In this document: piece after piece, positions 1-9,251 of the stretch
Layout: each line of letters begins with the position of its first letter
Numbering within the stretch: the stretch's first letter is position 1
Assembly (NCBI GenBank): GCA_048938105.1
Contig: JBHLMN010000005.1
Span: 119,318 to 183,317 of the forward strand
Length of the DNA stretch: 64,000 nucleotides
Source: Promethearchaeota archaeon
Lineage (GTDB): Archaea; Asgardarchaeota; Heimdallarchaeia; Hodarchaeales; Hodarchaeaceae
Direction of reading: 5' to 3'
Notes under the pieces: generated by a model
Seen by the model: the letters and a program-made list of their open reading frames with translations, nothing else
Database searches by the model: none
What the model was told of the DNA's origin: nothing
Translations under genes and position numbers: made by a program

Positions 1-202
1 GGTTTTAGACCGTGATTATAATGCTGCGTTGAATATAGCCAATTATTATTATATCCATCAACACTTACTCTTTCCCGTCGCCGAGAGTTCTGCGGAGACT
101 TTAAATGCCTGTGGAGAGGTTGTAAGACCTGTGTTTCATCAGGCACGCCTCAATGAATCAGGAAGAGCAGCTCCAAGGATTGCTTGGGACAATTGTTCCT
201 AG
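1..202 (+). CDS. tnpB: 3' end of an RNA-guided endonuclease TnpB (truncated by window start)
   Basis: Frame starting at nt 2 reads VLDRDYNAALNIANYYY...ETLNACGEVVRP...WDNCS* (TAG 200-202). DRDxNAAxNI is the RuvC-III motif of TnpB. Not in the supplied ORF track. Confidence 0.88.
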   Translation, partial: VLDRDYNAALNIANYYYIHQHLLFPVAESSAETLNACGEVVRPVFHQARLNESGRAAPRIAWDNCS

Positions 203-233
203 CGGACCTCTTTGGGTAAGTCTTTCAGAACGG
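1..233 (+). mobile_element. Right end of an IS200/IS605-superfamily element, probably IS607-like, including the putative omegaRNA scaffold
   Basis: The tnpB tail contains GCCTGTGGAGAG...AATGAATCAGGAA followed by TTTGGGTAAGTCTTTCAGAACGG (ends 233), resembling IS607-type right ends that finish in CGG. The exact boundary is inferred. Confidence 0.6.
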
Positions 234-349
234 TAGTTGGATAATAATTTAGAATAGAGGATTTCATCAAGAAGAACCGAAAATATAAAGCAATATCTTG
301 AATAAACTTATTACTTTCATTCCATTCTTTAATCCGGAAACATAATAAC

Positions 350-1123
350 TTAACGAATTGCACTCCAAAGTGTCCAGCGATCTTTTTCAATAATAAGTTC
401 TTCTGAGGGAATTTTGCTAGAAATGTAAGTAATTAACTCTTCTATTTGTTCATTATTTAGTTCGTGAAGAATTGATCTCCCAGTTCTATCACGTAAATCG
501 CTAGCCATTTCGGAGAAATTATGATAGGTTCTCCGTGTTTCCCATAGTGTATACTGCTTAATAATATTAAATCCAGCTGCTATCAATCCTTTCTTGATTT
601 CTTTGGAAGATGGACGGCGTTTATATTCTATGTCTAGTAAATGAGGAAATTTTTCGAAAAAGTATCCTCTTATATGTTCTTTTGATGCTGGAACCTCAAT
701 ATCTTCAGGAATTCGTTCCTGAATAATATAAATACCATCAGATCTTAATAATCTGAACGCTTCGTTTAAGCAACTGGGGATATTAGAAATATGGTGAATA
801 AGAGCGCGTTCAAACACTATATCTGTGATTTTATCATCTAAGCCCGTTGAAATCGCATTTCCAACTTGATAAGATATATTAGAAAAATCAGTGGACATTT
901 CTCTAGCAGTTTGAATCATTTGTTCAGAAAAATCAAGACCAAGAACTTGAGCTGCCCCTAGTTGGGCCCATGTTCTTGTATAAATCCCTCCTCCACATCC
1001 TATATCAGTTACATGTTTTCCCGAAGGATTTACAATTTTTAATATTATTTCGATCCAGCTAGAGTCTACATCTCTCTTTGCGTAAGTAAAACGGTTCTCT
1101 TTGTCATGAAAATTAATAGGCAT
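350..1123 (-). CDS. Class I SAM-dependent methyltransferase
   Basis: DIGCGGG motif I, GLDFSEQM, ERALIHH. Start placed at ATG 1123 (track starts at TTG 1135). Confidence 0.9.
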   Translation of the reverse strand: MPINFHDKENRFTYAKRDVDSSWIEIILKIVNPSGKHVTDIGCGGGIYTRTWAQLGAAQVLGLDFSEQMIQTAREMSTDFSNISYQVGNAISTGLDDKITDIVFERALIHHISNIPSCLNEAFRLLRSDGIYIIQERIPEDIEVPASKEHIRGYFFEKFPHLLDIEYKRRPSSKEIKKGLIAAGFNIIKQYTLWETRRTYHNFSEMASDLRDRTGRSILHELNNEQIEELITYISSKIPSEELIIEKDRWTLWSAIR

Positions 1124-1571
1124 TAACAATCCCAATTGGAGGAAATGTCTAGTTTTATATTATCGGGCATAGCTTTATCTACGTTCTATTTTCGTATATT
1201 ATCTTTCTATTATTTTTAGCTTAAAGATAACAGGTCGTATTCCATCAGTACAACAGGCTATCATTGCATAAGATTTTTATTTCTATCTTAACTAAACGAG
1301 TATCTTTTCCTTTCTGAACAAATTGGTCTTTTTAACTCTTCTTTTTTAGGGAATATAAAAAATGGAATATCAGGAGCCAGAAGACTAGTTTTGGAGGAGA
1401 TAAACATTTTCAGGCTTTTTACTATTTTAAGAGACTCCTGACTTTTCTTTCCTATCCTTAGCTTATCAGTACAATTTTTGATTTCCGCAAAACCAATCCT
1501 TAAAAGTTTCTTTATATTTGACTTTTCCTGAAGGTTCCTGAAGGTTACCATAAAGGTGAGAAAGCACAAAA

Positions 1572-1763
1572 ATGGTTTATTGTAAGGAATGTAATTTTCA
1601 TAATGAAGCAGATGCTATTTTTTGTGTATCTTGTGGTGTTCAATTAAACGAATTACGAGAATACAAGGTATCATCCCCAAATAAACAGAAATCACATTCT
1701 AAAACCTATATTGTTGCTGCAGCTGCTGCAGCCGCCGCTGCTACTGCAATTATAATATTTTAA
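1572..1763 (+). CDS. Small zinc-ribbon protein with poly-Ala/hydrophobic C-terminal tail
   Basis: CKEC...FCVSCG zinc ribbon, SD-like AAGGTGAG upstream, C-terminus YIVAAAAAAAAATAIIIF. Confidence 0.75.
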   Translation: MVYCKECNFHNEADAIFCVSCGVQLNELREYKVSSPNKQKSHSKTYIVAAAAAAAAATAIIIF

Positions 1764-1796
1764 CCTATTTCCTAAGATTTGAGGCATCACAGGCCA

Positions 1797-3188
1797 TTAC
1801 ATTCGACGTTTTAGAAAGACAATAAACGGTATTATCACAATCATCAAAATGAAGGGGAATCCTGATGTTGGGAAGAGATTTTTCTGTGTTGTTTCCTCTG
1901 TTGTAGTCTCTTTAGATGTTATTTGATTTCTGGTATCATCTTCTGTTGACATTAATGAGGAAATACTCGTACTGGTGTTTATAGTAGTCGTAGGTATAGG
2001 TATATCTGTCGGTGAAGTTTCAGTGATTGTTTCTTTTAGCTTATGGATTTTCCCATCAAAAGCACAGATATATAGCTCGTTTGTTTTGTCAACACCAAAG
2101 GAAACTATATTGAATGTGGTATCAATAAGAAGATGATTTTGAATCGTTGAATTATCGCTAGATAACGCCCAGATTCTTCCTGAGCCATAGTCTCCATAAA
2201 TGTAATTTCCATACAGAGTTTTTAGATTAGAACCACGATACACATAACCCCCTGTTATTGAAATGCCAATATCATGGCCATACTCAAAGATTGGTAGAAT
2301 GAGATTTGATTGATTGCACCCTGTGGATGGAGAATAACAATGGGAACCTTCCATAATATTCCAACCATAATTTCCCCCTTTTTCGATAATATCGATTTCT
2401 TCAATTTTATTCTGACCAACATCACCAGCCCAAAGCCAACCCGTTAAAGGATCAATACTAAATCGCCATGGATTCCGTAATCCATATGCGAATATTTCCT
2501 TTCTGAAATTCTCAGGTGTACCAACAAAGGGATTATCACTCGGAATGCTGTAAGTTGTAGTTGGAGAGTTATTATCAACATCTATGCGAAGAATCGATCC
2601 TAATAGAGTAGATCGGTTTTGTCCATTCCCTAGAGGATCACCTCCGCTTCCCCCATCTCCTAAAGCAATATAGAGATACCCATCAGGTCCAAAGGCCAGT
2701 TGGCCTCCATTATGATTGGCGTAAGGTTGACTCACCTCTAACAGTAAGAGTTCACTTGTAGTGTTCGCTTGATCTGAATTGTTGTTCATGACTGAATAGC
2801 GGGCTATAACAGTTCGTCGTGGATTATCTGCAATATAGTTTAAATAAAAATATCCATTACTGGAATAATTAGGATGGAATACTAATCCAAGAAGGCCTTG
2901 TTCCCCTCCAAATAGAACTTTATCAGAGATATCCAAAAAAATATTGGTTGAACTAACGAATTTTGAGTTATTGAAGGAAAAAATGATCCCTTCTTGTTCT
3001 ACAACAAAGAGTCGGTTGCTATCATCGTTGGAATAATAAAGGCCTATAGGATTGGTGAATGTGAGATTAGGGAATGCTTGCTCGACAGTGAATTCGACAG
3101 ACTCAGCTATCTCTATGCTAGTAGTAAACAATAATCTCGAAAACGTGAGAAAACTAATTACCACAATGATGAGTGATATTTTATTCAT
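1797..3188 (-). CDS. PQQ-dependent glucose/sorbosone dehydrogenase (GSDH) family, secreted and C-terminally anchored
   Basis: GEQGLLGL, NHNGGQLAFGPDGYLYIALGDGG, YGLRNPWRFS, signal peptide, Thr-rich linker, SGF+TM+KRR tail. Confidence 0.92.
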   Translation of the reverse strand: MNKISLIIVVISFLTFSRLLFTTSIEIAESVEFTVEQAFPNLTFTNPIGLYYSNDDSNRLFVVEQEGIIFSFNNSKFVSSTNIFLDISDKVLFGGEQGLLGLVFHPNYSSNGYFYLNYIADNPRRTVIARYSVMNNNSDQANTTSELLLLEVSQPYANHNGGQLAFGPDGYLYIALGDGGSGGDPLGNGQNRSTLLGSILRIDVDNNSPTTTYSIPSDNPFVGTPENFRKEIFAYGLRNPWRFSIDPLTGWLWAGDVGQNKIEEIDIIEKGGNYGWNIMEGSHCYSPSTGCNQSNLILPIFEYGHDIGISITGGYVYRGSNLKTLYGNYIYGDYGSGRIWALSSDNSTIQNHLLIDTTFNIVSFGVDKTNELYICAFDGKIHKLKETITETSPTDIPIPTTTINTSTSISSLMSTEDDTRNQITSKETTTEETTQKNLFPTSGFPFILMIVIIPFIVFLKRRM

Positions 3189-3422
3189 TTTTAGCCCTTT
3201 AATTTAATAATAGAAGAGTTTTTTTGATTATTTTAGATAGTACCATTCTTCTAAAAGAAAATAATAATAATTGTTTTCCGATAATCAAAAACGCTAAAAT
3301 TAATTATATTTCTCATCCTTAACATTAATAAAACGGGATTAAATTCAAACATCAAACCAATGTGAAATAAATATCAACATATTTAACATTAAATGATTAC
3401 AATTTAAAAAGGGATCAAAATC

Positions 3423-5513
3423 ATGACACCAGCTAAAGATATTAAACCACCCATTGCAGTCATTAAACCACGAAGAATTACAGTTCATGGTGAAGAGCTT
3501 ATTGATAATTATTTTTGGTTAAGAGACGATTCAAGGAAAGATCCTGAAGTCATCTCGTATTTAGAAGCAGAGAATGAATATACAAAAATTATGATGAAAA
3601 ATACCGAGAATTTTCAGAAAAAATTGTATTTTGAAATGAAAAATCGCATTAAGGAAGATGATACATCTGCTCCTGAGAAATCTAGGGATTATTCCTATTA
3701 TAGTCGCACTATCAAAGACAAACAGTACCGAACTTATCACAGGAAAACACTTGAGGGGCAGGAAGAGTTATTATTAGATGAAAATAAACTAGCAGAAGGA
3801 TTTGATTATTTTAAAAAAGGAGTCTTTAAAATTAGTCCAAATCATCAACTCTTAGCCTATTCAGTAGATAATAATGGTTCAGAACAGTACACAATATATC
3901 TTAAAGATCTTAACACTGGCGAACTATTACCAGATATGATTAAAAACACTTATTATTCATTAGAATGGATTAATAATGAAACATTCTTATATACCACATT
4001 AAGTGACATTAAACAGCCAGATAAGGTATATAAACACATAATTGGAACCAACCCATCGACTGATGAGTTAATTTATCATGAAGAAGATGAGAAATTCTAT
4101 TTAACTCTATTCAAATCACATAATGAAAAATGTATTTTTCTAAGTTTATCAAGCATGTTAACTTCTGAAGTACATTTTCTCATGATTGATCAACCCAATC
4201 ATGTCTTTCAAGTCATTCATCCTCGTGAACATGAATTAGAATACTTCCCAGTACATTGGAATGGGAAATTCTACATTCGTACGAATGAAAACAAAGCGAA
4301 GAATTTTAAATTAATGATTACTTCAACAGACAACTGTTCAAAGGAAAAATGGGAAGAAGTTATTCCTCATCGAGAATCAGTTATGTTAACTGATATTGAC
4401 GTATTTAAAAATCATCTAATCCTGTATGAACGAGAAGATGGACTCCTCAAAGTACGTATTATAAATCAAACAACTAATGAAGGTCATTATGTTACTTTTC
4501 CAGAACCAAGTTATACTGTACAGCCCTTTTATCCTCTGATTTCATCATATCATTCATCATTAATTCACCCTGAATTTGATACAAACATTATAAGATTGTC
4601 ATACACATCTCTAATCACTCCAAATTCTGTATATGATTACAATATGGAAACCCATGAACTATCTTTAATTAAACAAGAAGAAATTTTAGGAGATTTTGAT
4701 AAAAATCATTATATAGCTGAACGAATTGCTGCTACTGCTCCAGATGGTAATATTATTTATATATCCCTTGTTTATAAAAAGGGACTCGAGCGAGATGGAA
4801 ATAATTTTCTCATCTTAAGTGGTTATGGCGCCTATGGGATAAGTAACGATCCAGAATTTGTTTCGACGCGATTAAGTTTAATAGATCGTGGAATGGTATA
4901 TGCTATTGCACATATTCGTGGAGGAGGAGAAATGGGGAGAAAATGGTATGATGATGGGAAATTCCTGAAAAAGTTGAATACTTTTACTGATTTCATTGCT
5001 TGCGCAGAATATTTAATCTCACAAGGTTTTACATCCAGCGAAAAATTAACAATTACAGGAGGAAGTGCTGGTGGTCTACTCATGGGAGCAGTAGTAAACA
5101 TGCGGCCTGAATTATTCAATGTGATGGTTACCAGAGTCCCCTTCGTTGATGTTATCAATACTATGCTTGATCCTACTATTCCTTTAACAGTAATGGAATA
5201 TGAAGAATGGGGGAATCCAAAGCAAAAAGACTTCTTTGATTATATGAAAGCATATTCTCCATATGACAATGTGGAGAGTAAAGATTATCCCCATATCCTC
5301 ATTACTGCAGGATTGAACGATCCTCGCGTCCAATACTGGGAACCAACGAAGTGGACTGCCAAATTAAGAGCATTAAAAACAGATAATCATCGTTTATTGT
5401 TAAAAACCGACATGGGATCAGGTCATGCAGGTAAATCAGGTAGATATGAGCATTTGAAAGAAGTCGCACTTCAGTATGCTTTCATTCTAGACATCTTTAA
5501 CATTGGAGAATGA
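3423..5513 (+). CDS. ptrB: Oligopeptidase B (protease II, S9A)
   Basis: DNYFWLRD N-terminus, GGSAGG nucleophile, LNDPRV, GHAGKSGR. Confidence 0.95.
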   Translation: MTPAKDIKPPIAVIKPRRITVHGEELIDNYFWLRDDSRKDPEVISYLEAENEYTKIMMKNTENFQKKLYFEMKNRIKEDDTSAPEKSRDYSYYSRTIKDKQYRTYHRKTLEGQEELLLDENKLAEGFDYFKKGVFKISPNHQLLAYSVDNNGSEQYTIYLKDLNTGELLPDMIKNTYYSLEWINNETFLYTTLSDIKQPDKVYKHIIGTNPSTDELIYHEEDEKFYLTLFKSHNEKCIFLSLSSMLTSEVHFLMIDQPNHVFQVIHPREHELEYFPVHWNGKFYIRTNENKAKNFKLMITSTDNCSKEKWEEVIPHRESVMLTDIDVFKNHLILYEREDGLLKVRIINQTTNEGHYVTFPEPSYTVQPFYPLISSYHSSLIHPEFDTNIIRLSYTSLITPNSVYDYNMETHELSLIKQEEILGDFDKNHYIAERIAATAPDGNIIYISLVYKKGLERDGNNFLILSGYGAYGISNDPEFVSTRLSLIDRGMVYAIAHIRGGGEMGRKWYDDGKFLKKLNTFTDFIACAEYLISQGFTSSEKLTITGGSAGGLLMGAVVNMRPELFNVMVTRVPFVDVINTMLDPTIPLTVMEYEEWGNPKQKDFFDYMKAYSPYDNVESKDYPHILITAGLNDPRVQYWEPTKWTAKLRALKTDNHRLLLKTDMGSGHAGKSGRYEHLKEVALQYAFILDIFNIGE

Positions 5514-5644
5514 AATATTTCAACAAACTCTTCAGAATTCCTGTACCTCTGTTTACTCCTTTTCTTTAGAATATTAACATAGATAAAAAATAAATTTACC
5601 ACAATTGTAAAATTTTTAACTATGTAAATAAGACTGGGTATAAT

Positions 5645-6115
5645 ATGAACGACACACTAGTTAAAGTTATTATAAATGGTCTTCATGGAGAGAATACTCA
5701 TCTTAAACCCCAAAAAGCAATGGAAGGGCTAACACCAGCTAGCGCGAGAAATAAACCAGATAAAGAGTTCCATTCATGTTGGGATATTCTTCACCATATC
5801 GTTGTCTGGCAAGAAGGAATATTGCAGGCGATAAAAGGGGAGAAGGTCGATTGGAAAGATATCGGACGAAGTCACAATTGGCCAACAAATGAATTATTAA
5901 CTGATGATTCAAATTTCTCAAACCTTCTGAACAAGTTCGAGAATGGTCTCAATAAGGCTGAAGAACTAGCTAAAACTATTGATTTAAATAAACCAATGCC
6001 TGCATGGGGTGGTGCACCCGTTATTCAAGCCTTTATTGTTCTCTTACAACATAATTCCTATCATCTTGGTCAAATTGTTGCGGTACGAAAGATGCTTGGG
6101 AATTGGCCTTCTTAG
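5645..6115 (+). CDS. DinB/YfiT family protein
   Basis: HSCWDILHHI and QHNSYHLGQI His motifs. Confidence 0.88.
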   Translation: MNDTLVKVIINGLHGENTHLKPQKAMEGLTPASARNKPDKEFHSCWDILHHIVVWQEGILQAIKGEKVDWKDIGRSHNWPTNELLTDDSNFSNLLNKFENGLNKAEELAKTIDLNKPMPAWGGAPVIQAFIVLLQHNSYHLGQIVAVRKMLGNWPS

Positions 6116-6156
6116 TTCATTCTATACAATTACTTATTTCTATTACCAGTGAAAAT

Positions 6157-6564
6157 TCAGGCTTCTTTCCAGTCCCATATTCCTGTTTTTCGCCAACGGC
6201 AATAGGCCCAGATCCATGATTGGATCATAATGGCAGCATCATAAGCTGTATATGAAAAATGCCAGTCTTTTTGGGGGCGAAGATAACAAATTTCCGTATG
6301 TCCATATTTATCTATTTTATAAACATGATGTACTTTTGTAGATACTTTTGGTCGAGTAACCCATGCTCGAGGTGGGGCTGTTGGATAGTTATGGGGAAAT
6401 TCGATCAACACATGAAATGTCCCACAGGAATATTCTCCAGTTGTAACGTATTTTACACGAACACAGATATTTCCATTTTCCAATCGATAAAAATCCTTTG
6501 TACTTAATGAAGGAAATACTCCTTGTAATTCATGAAGTTCTTGTTCAACTGTTCTAGTATTCAC
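6157..6564 (-). CDS. Ubiquitin-conjugating enzyme E2-like protein (paralog B)
   Basis: FPHNYPTAPP, HHVY (HPN-equivalent), GHTEICYL with putative catalytic Cys, KDW. GTG start preceded by GGTGA SD. Confidence 0.85.
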   Translation of the reverse strand: MNTRTVEQELHELQGVFPSLSTKDFYRLENGNICVRVKYVTTGEYSCGTFHVLIEFPHNYPTAPPRAWVTRPKVSTKVHHVYKIDKYGHTEICYLRPQKDWHFSYTAYDAAIMIQSWIWAYCRWRKTGIWDWKEA

Positions 6565-6577
6565 TAAAGATCACCCA

Positions 6578-7012
6578 TTAAAAAAAATGATCCCAAAATC
6601 CTGCCTCTGGAAAATCCCAATTTTGAGTTTTAGTCCAACGACAGTATGTTGTAAGCCAATTTTCAATCATTTTTGCGGCTTCAAACGAAGTGTAACTAGG
6701 ATGCCAGTCCTTTTTAGGACGTAAATAACAGATGAGAGCATGTCCTTCTTCATCCCATCGATACACATGAGGGGTTTGATGTGGAATTTTAGGTTTCTGA
6801 ACCCAAGCCATGGGAGCACTGATTGGATAATTATAGGGATATTCAATCAAGACATCAAAATATCCACAGGCAAATTTTCCTGTAGTGATAAAGCTGATCT
6901 GAACACAATAGTTACCATTCTTAAGCTTACGGAAATCTTTTCTCCGAATATTTGGGAAAACTCTTCGAAGAGGGTCTATTTCTCGTTCTGGAATAGTTTG
7001 CCTTAGTAACAT
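6578..7012 (-). CDS. Ubiquitin-conjugating enzyme E2-like protein (paralog A)
   Basis: YPYNYPISAP, TPHVY, GHALICYL with putative catalytic Cys, KDWHPSYT. Start placed at ATG 7012 just after the E1 stop; 7030 and 7066 are alternatives. Confidence 0.85.
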   Translation of the reverse strand: MLLRQTIPEREIDPLRRVFPNIRRKDFRKLKNGNYCVQISFITTGKFACGYFDVLIEYPYNYPISAPMAWVQKPKIPHQTPHVYRWDEEGHALICYLRPKKDWHPSYTSFEAAKMIENWLTTYCRWTKTQNWDFPEAGFWDHFF

Positions 7013-7016
7013 CTTC

Positions 7017-8258
7017 TTATTCTTCTTCATGACCTTGGTGTCGTAGATGGATTGTTTGGATCCCATGAAATGGACACTTTGGATCTTTTTCTAAGTCTTC
7101 ATAGTAATATAGTTCAAGTCCCTCATATTTTTCTGTTGATTTGTCCACATTCATTATCGTTCGATTGAACCACATATAAAAATTATGTGGGAAGTGATAC
7201 AAACCATGTTCTATCCCTTTGAGGAGGATATCCAGACAGAATTTAGAAAGTAATATCGTTACATTATCTACATCTAATCCTAATCCAGGTTGAGCCAGCT
7301 GTTCTTGTAAAGTTCGATCATAACTAATTTTGCGTTCGAGTTCAATTGTAGTTGGGATTGCTTTTGTTTGGATACTTCCATAATCATTTGGTTTGGAATA
7401 AAGACAATGATAACAATAATCATCTTCCTGAGGATCAACTTTAAACATCAATCCTCCATCAACTCCATCAAACGTCCCTGCATAGATTATTGGGATAGTT
7501 AAATGATTAGAATGAACAAAATCATTAATAGCATAATTCACATCGTGTTCTCCCGAGACTGCAGCAATTAAGTCAACATTCTTGAGAAGACTGAAAAAAA
7601 AGTCAAAATCAGCCTTAGTATATAAATGGAATTTTCGTTCTATTGTTTGTATATCAACATCAGGGATTCTCGCTTCAATATAATCTTTTACTGCTTTTGT
7701 TTTAAATCGTCCAAGATTAGTGAGATCACAAATGTGCCTGATAATATTATGAGTTTCAAGATAGTCGTCATCGATGAAGATGAACTTTTTAACACCCGAT
7801 TTTGCGAGATATAACGCTAGTAGTGCTCCCCCAGACCCCATACCTATAATAGCAACCTTTTTTTGGTTCAGTATTTTTAATGGAGTCTCTTTTTGATCGA
7901 TTCGTACAAATAACCTATCTAAATTCACATACTCAATATCTACCTCGACAATGAATTCCCTATCGTCTTCATTATAGTTAACTTCGGCTTTTAGATTTGA
8001 AAGTTCATTTTCTACAATGATATGAAGGTAAGGATATTCTAGAGCTTTAGCTGTAATGATTGGTTCTTTTGTGGGGGTACTTCCAATTGTCAGAAGCCCT
8101 ATTGACTGACTATTCTTTGATGGATACACTCCTGTAAGATGACATACTGTAAGATCATCATAAATCCTCCCATAAAGCAGATAGGTTATTGTTTGACCTT
8201 TTAAATCGTTAAATTGGTTTTCAAATGAAGGATAAATAATTATTCTCATCTTATTCAC
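7017..8258 (-). CDS. E1-like ThiF/MoeB family adenylyltransferase with N-terminal extension
   Basis: IIGMGSGG, DDDYLETHNIIRH, GRFKTKAV, Zn ligands CYHC...CPFH, QPGLGLDV. ATGA-type overlap with the JAMM gene stop. Confidence 0.9.
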   Translation of the reverse strand: MNKMRIIIYPSFENQFNDLKGQTITYLLYGRIYDDLTVCHLTGVYPSKNSQSIGLLTIGSTPTKEPIITAKALEYPYLHIIVENELSNLKAEVNYNEDDREFIVEVDIEYVNLDRLFVRIDQKETPLKILNQKKVAIIGMGSGGALLALYLAKSGVKKFIFIDDDYLETHNIIRHICDLTNLGRFKTKAVKDYIEARIPDVDIQTIERKFHLYTKADFDFFFSLLKNVDLIAAVSGEHDVNYAINDFVHSNHLTIPIIYAGTFDGVDGGLMFKVDPQEDDYCYHCLYSKPNDYGSIQTKAIPTTIELERKISYDRTLQEQLAQPGLGLDVDNVTILLSKFCLDILLKGIEHGLYHFPHNFYMWFNRTIMNVDKSTEKYEGLELYYYEDLEKDPKCPFHGIQTIHLRHQGHEEE

Positions 8259-9229
8259 TCCAATTTACACATAACTTTCCATAAAGGTTCTTTCATTAAT
8301 TGAGGGATTTTTTCTTCTAGGGTAACCTTAAGCAATTGAAGAAATGGTTGGATAAGTTCTTGTTCATATAAGACATTTGCAGGATGTTTTTCGACTGTAA
8401 CCTTTCTTGATAAGTCCTGTGAAGAGATGTCGATATATATCTGTCCCTCTGGGAAGTCTGAGGGAAATGAAATTAGAATTATAAGATCTAATGTTTTATC
8501 TTCCCCCTCTAGTTCTAAAATAAACTGAAAAGGAAATGATAAAATTATTTCGTCTGGTGTTGAGCTTGAAAACTGGAGGATATCTTTAATTGTGAACCTT
8601 GAGCCATAAACCTTTACTAATTCGTTTTTCACAATAGATATCTGTTTTTTTGTGATACCTACTTCTTCAATAGAATTATAATCATCAGTGAAATAGGATA
8701 TGTTTTTATCAGGTATTCTAAAAGTTTGAAAAACACTTTCTACTTCCTCTCCGATATTTTCATTTTTCTTATACACTTCTATTATTAATTCATGATCATC
8801 TTCGGTAATAGAATCAATGATTGTGGATATAACTATATTCTTATGAGGATTAAGGGTAAAGAACTCCTCTACTTGCATATGATCGCCGTGACTTGGGCCC
8901 CCATATCCGAGGTGTTTATGCCAATTCCCTAAATAAAGTAAATTTTCTTTATCTAAGATTGATCTTGCATATTTAGGATTTATTTCGAAATAAGTATTAT
9001 TTCTGATACATTCCTCCTCAGGTGGGATATATGTTTTGATAATCCGTATTTCTAAACCAGATTCTTTTTGTTGGATCTTACCAAACATCAATCCACCAGT
9101 TTCTTTCCCAGGCCATTTCGCTGTTTCTTCCATCATTTCATTGATCATTTTGTTATTAAAATGGATGAAAATAGTTTCAGCTTGATTCTGAAACAATGAA
9201 AACATCCTCTTAGTTTTAAAAAAAATCAT
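8255..9229 (-). CDS. JAB/JAMM (MPN+) metallopeptidase with C-terminal degenerate E2/RWD-like domain
   Basis: ETGGLMFG and WHKHLGYGGPSHGD give a complete E-HxH-S-D JAMM motif. C-terminal ISFPSDFPEG resembles the E2/RWD (Y/F)PxxP motif. Start is 9229 or 9205. Confidence 0.88.
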   Translation of the reverse strand: MIFFKTKRMFSLFQNQAETIFIHFNNKMINEMMEETAKWPGKETGGLMFGKIQQKESGLEIRIIKTYIPPEEECIRNNTYFEINPKYARSILDKENLLYLGNWHKHLGYGGPSHGDHMQVEEFFTLNPHKNIVISTIIDSITEDDHELIIEVYKKNENIGEEVESVFQTFRIPDKNISYFTDDYNSIEEVGITKKQISIVKNELVKVYGSRFTIKDILQFSSSTPDEIILSFPFQFILELEGEDKTLDLIILISFPSDFPEGQIYIDISSQDLSRKVTVEKHPANVLYEQELIQPFLQLLKVTLEEKIPQLMKEPLWKVMCKLE

Positions 9230-9251
9230 AAAAGAAAAATTAAATGAGATT

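Noticed and set aside
199-390. 63-aa minus-strand ORF
   Set aside because: Overlaps the IS right end and the methyltransferase stop; no recognisable motifs.
1288-1569. 93-aa minus-strand ORF and a 10-bp tandem duplication (TTCCTGAAGG x2, about 1525-1546)
   Set aside because: The ORF has no motifs and sits in the promoter of the divergent zinc-ribbon gene; two repeat units are too few to call.
7017-8258. E1 as a MoeB/ThiF sulfur-transfer enzyme for cofactor or tRNA thiolation
   Set aside because: No sulfur carrier, rhodanese or thi/moa genes nearby; it is coupled to E2s and a JAMM protease.
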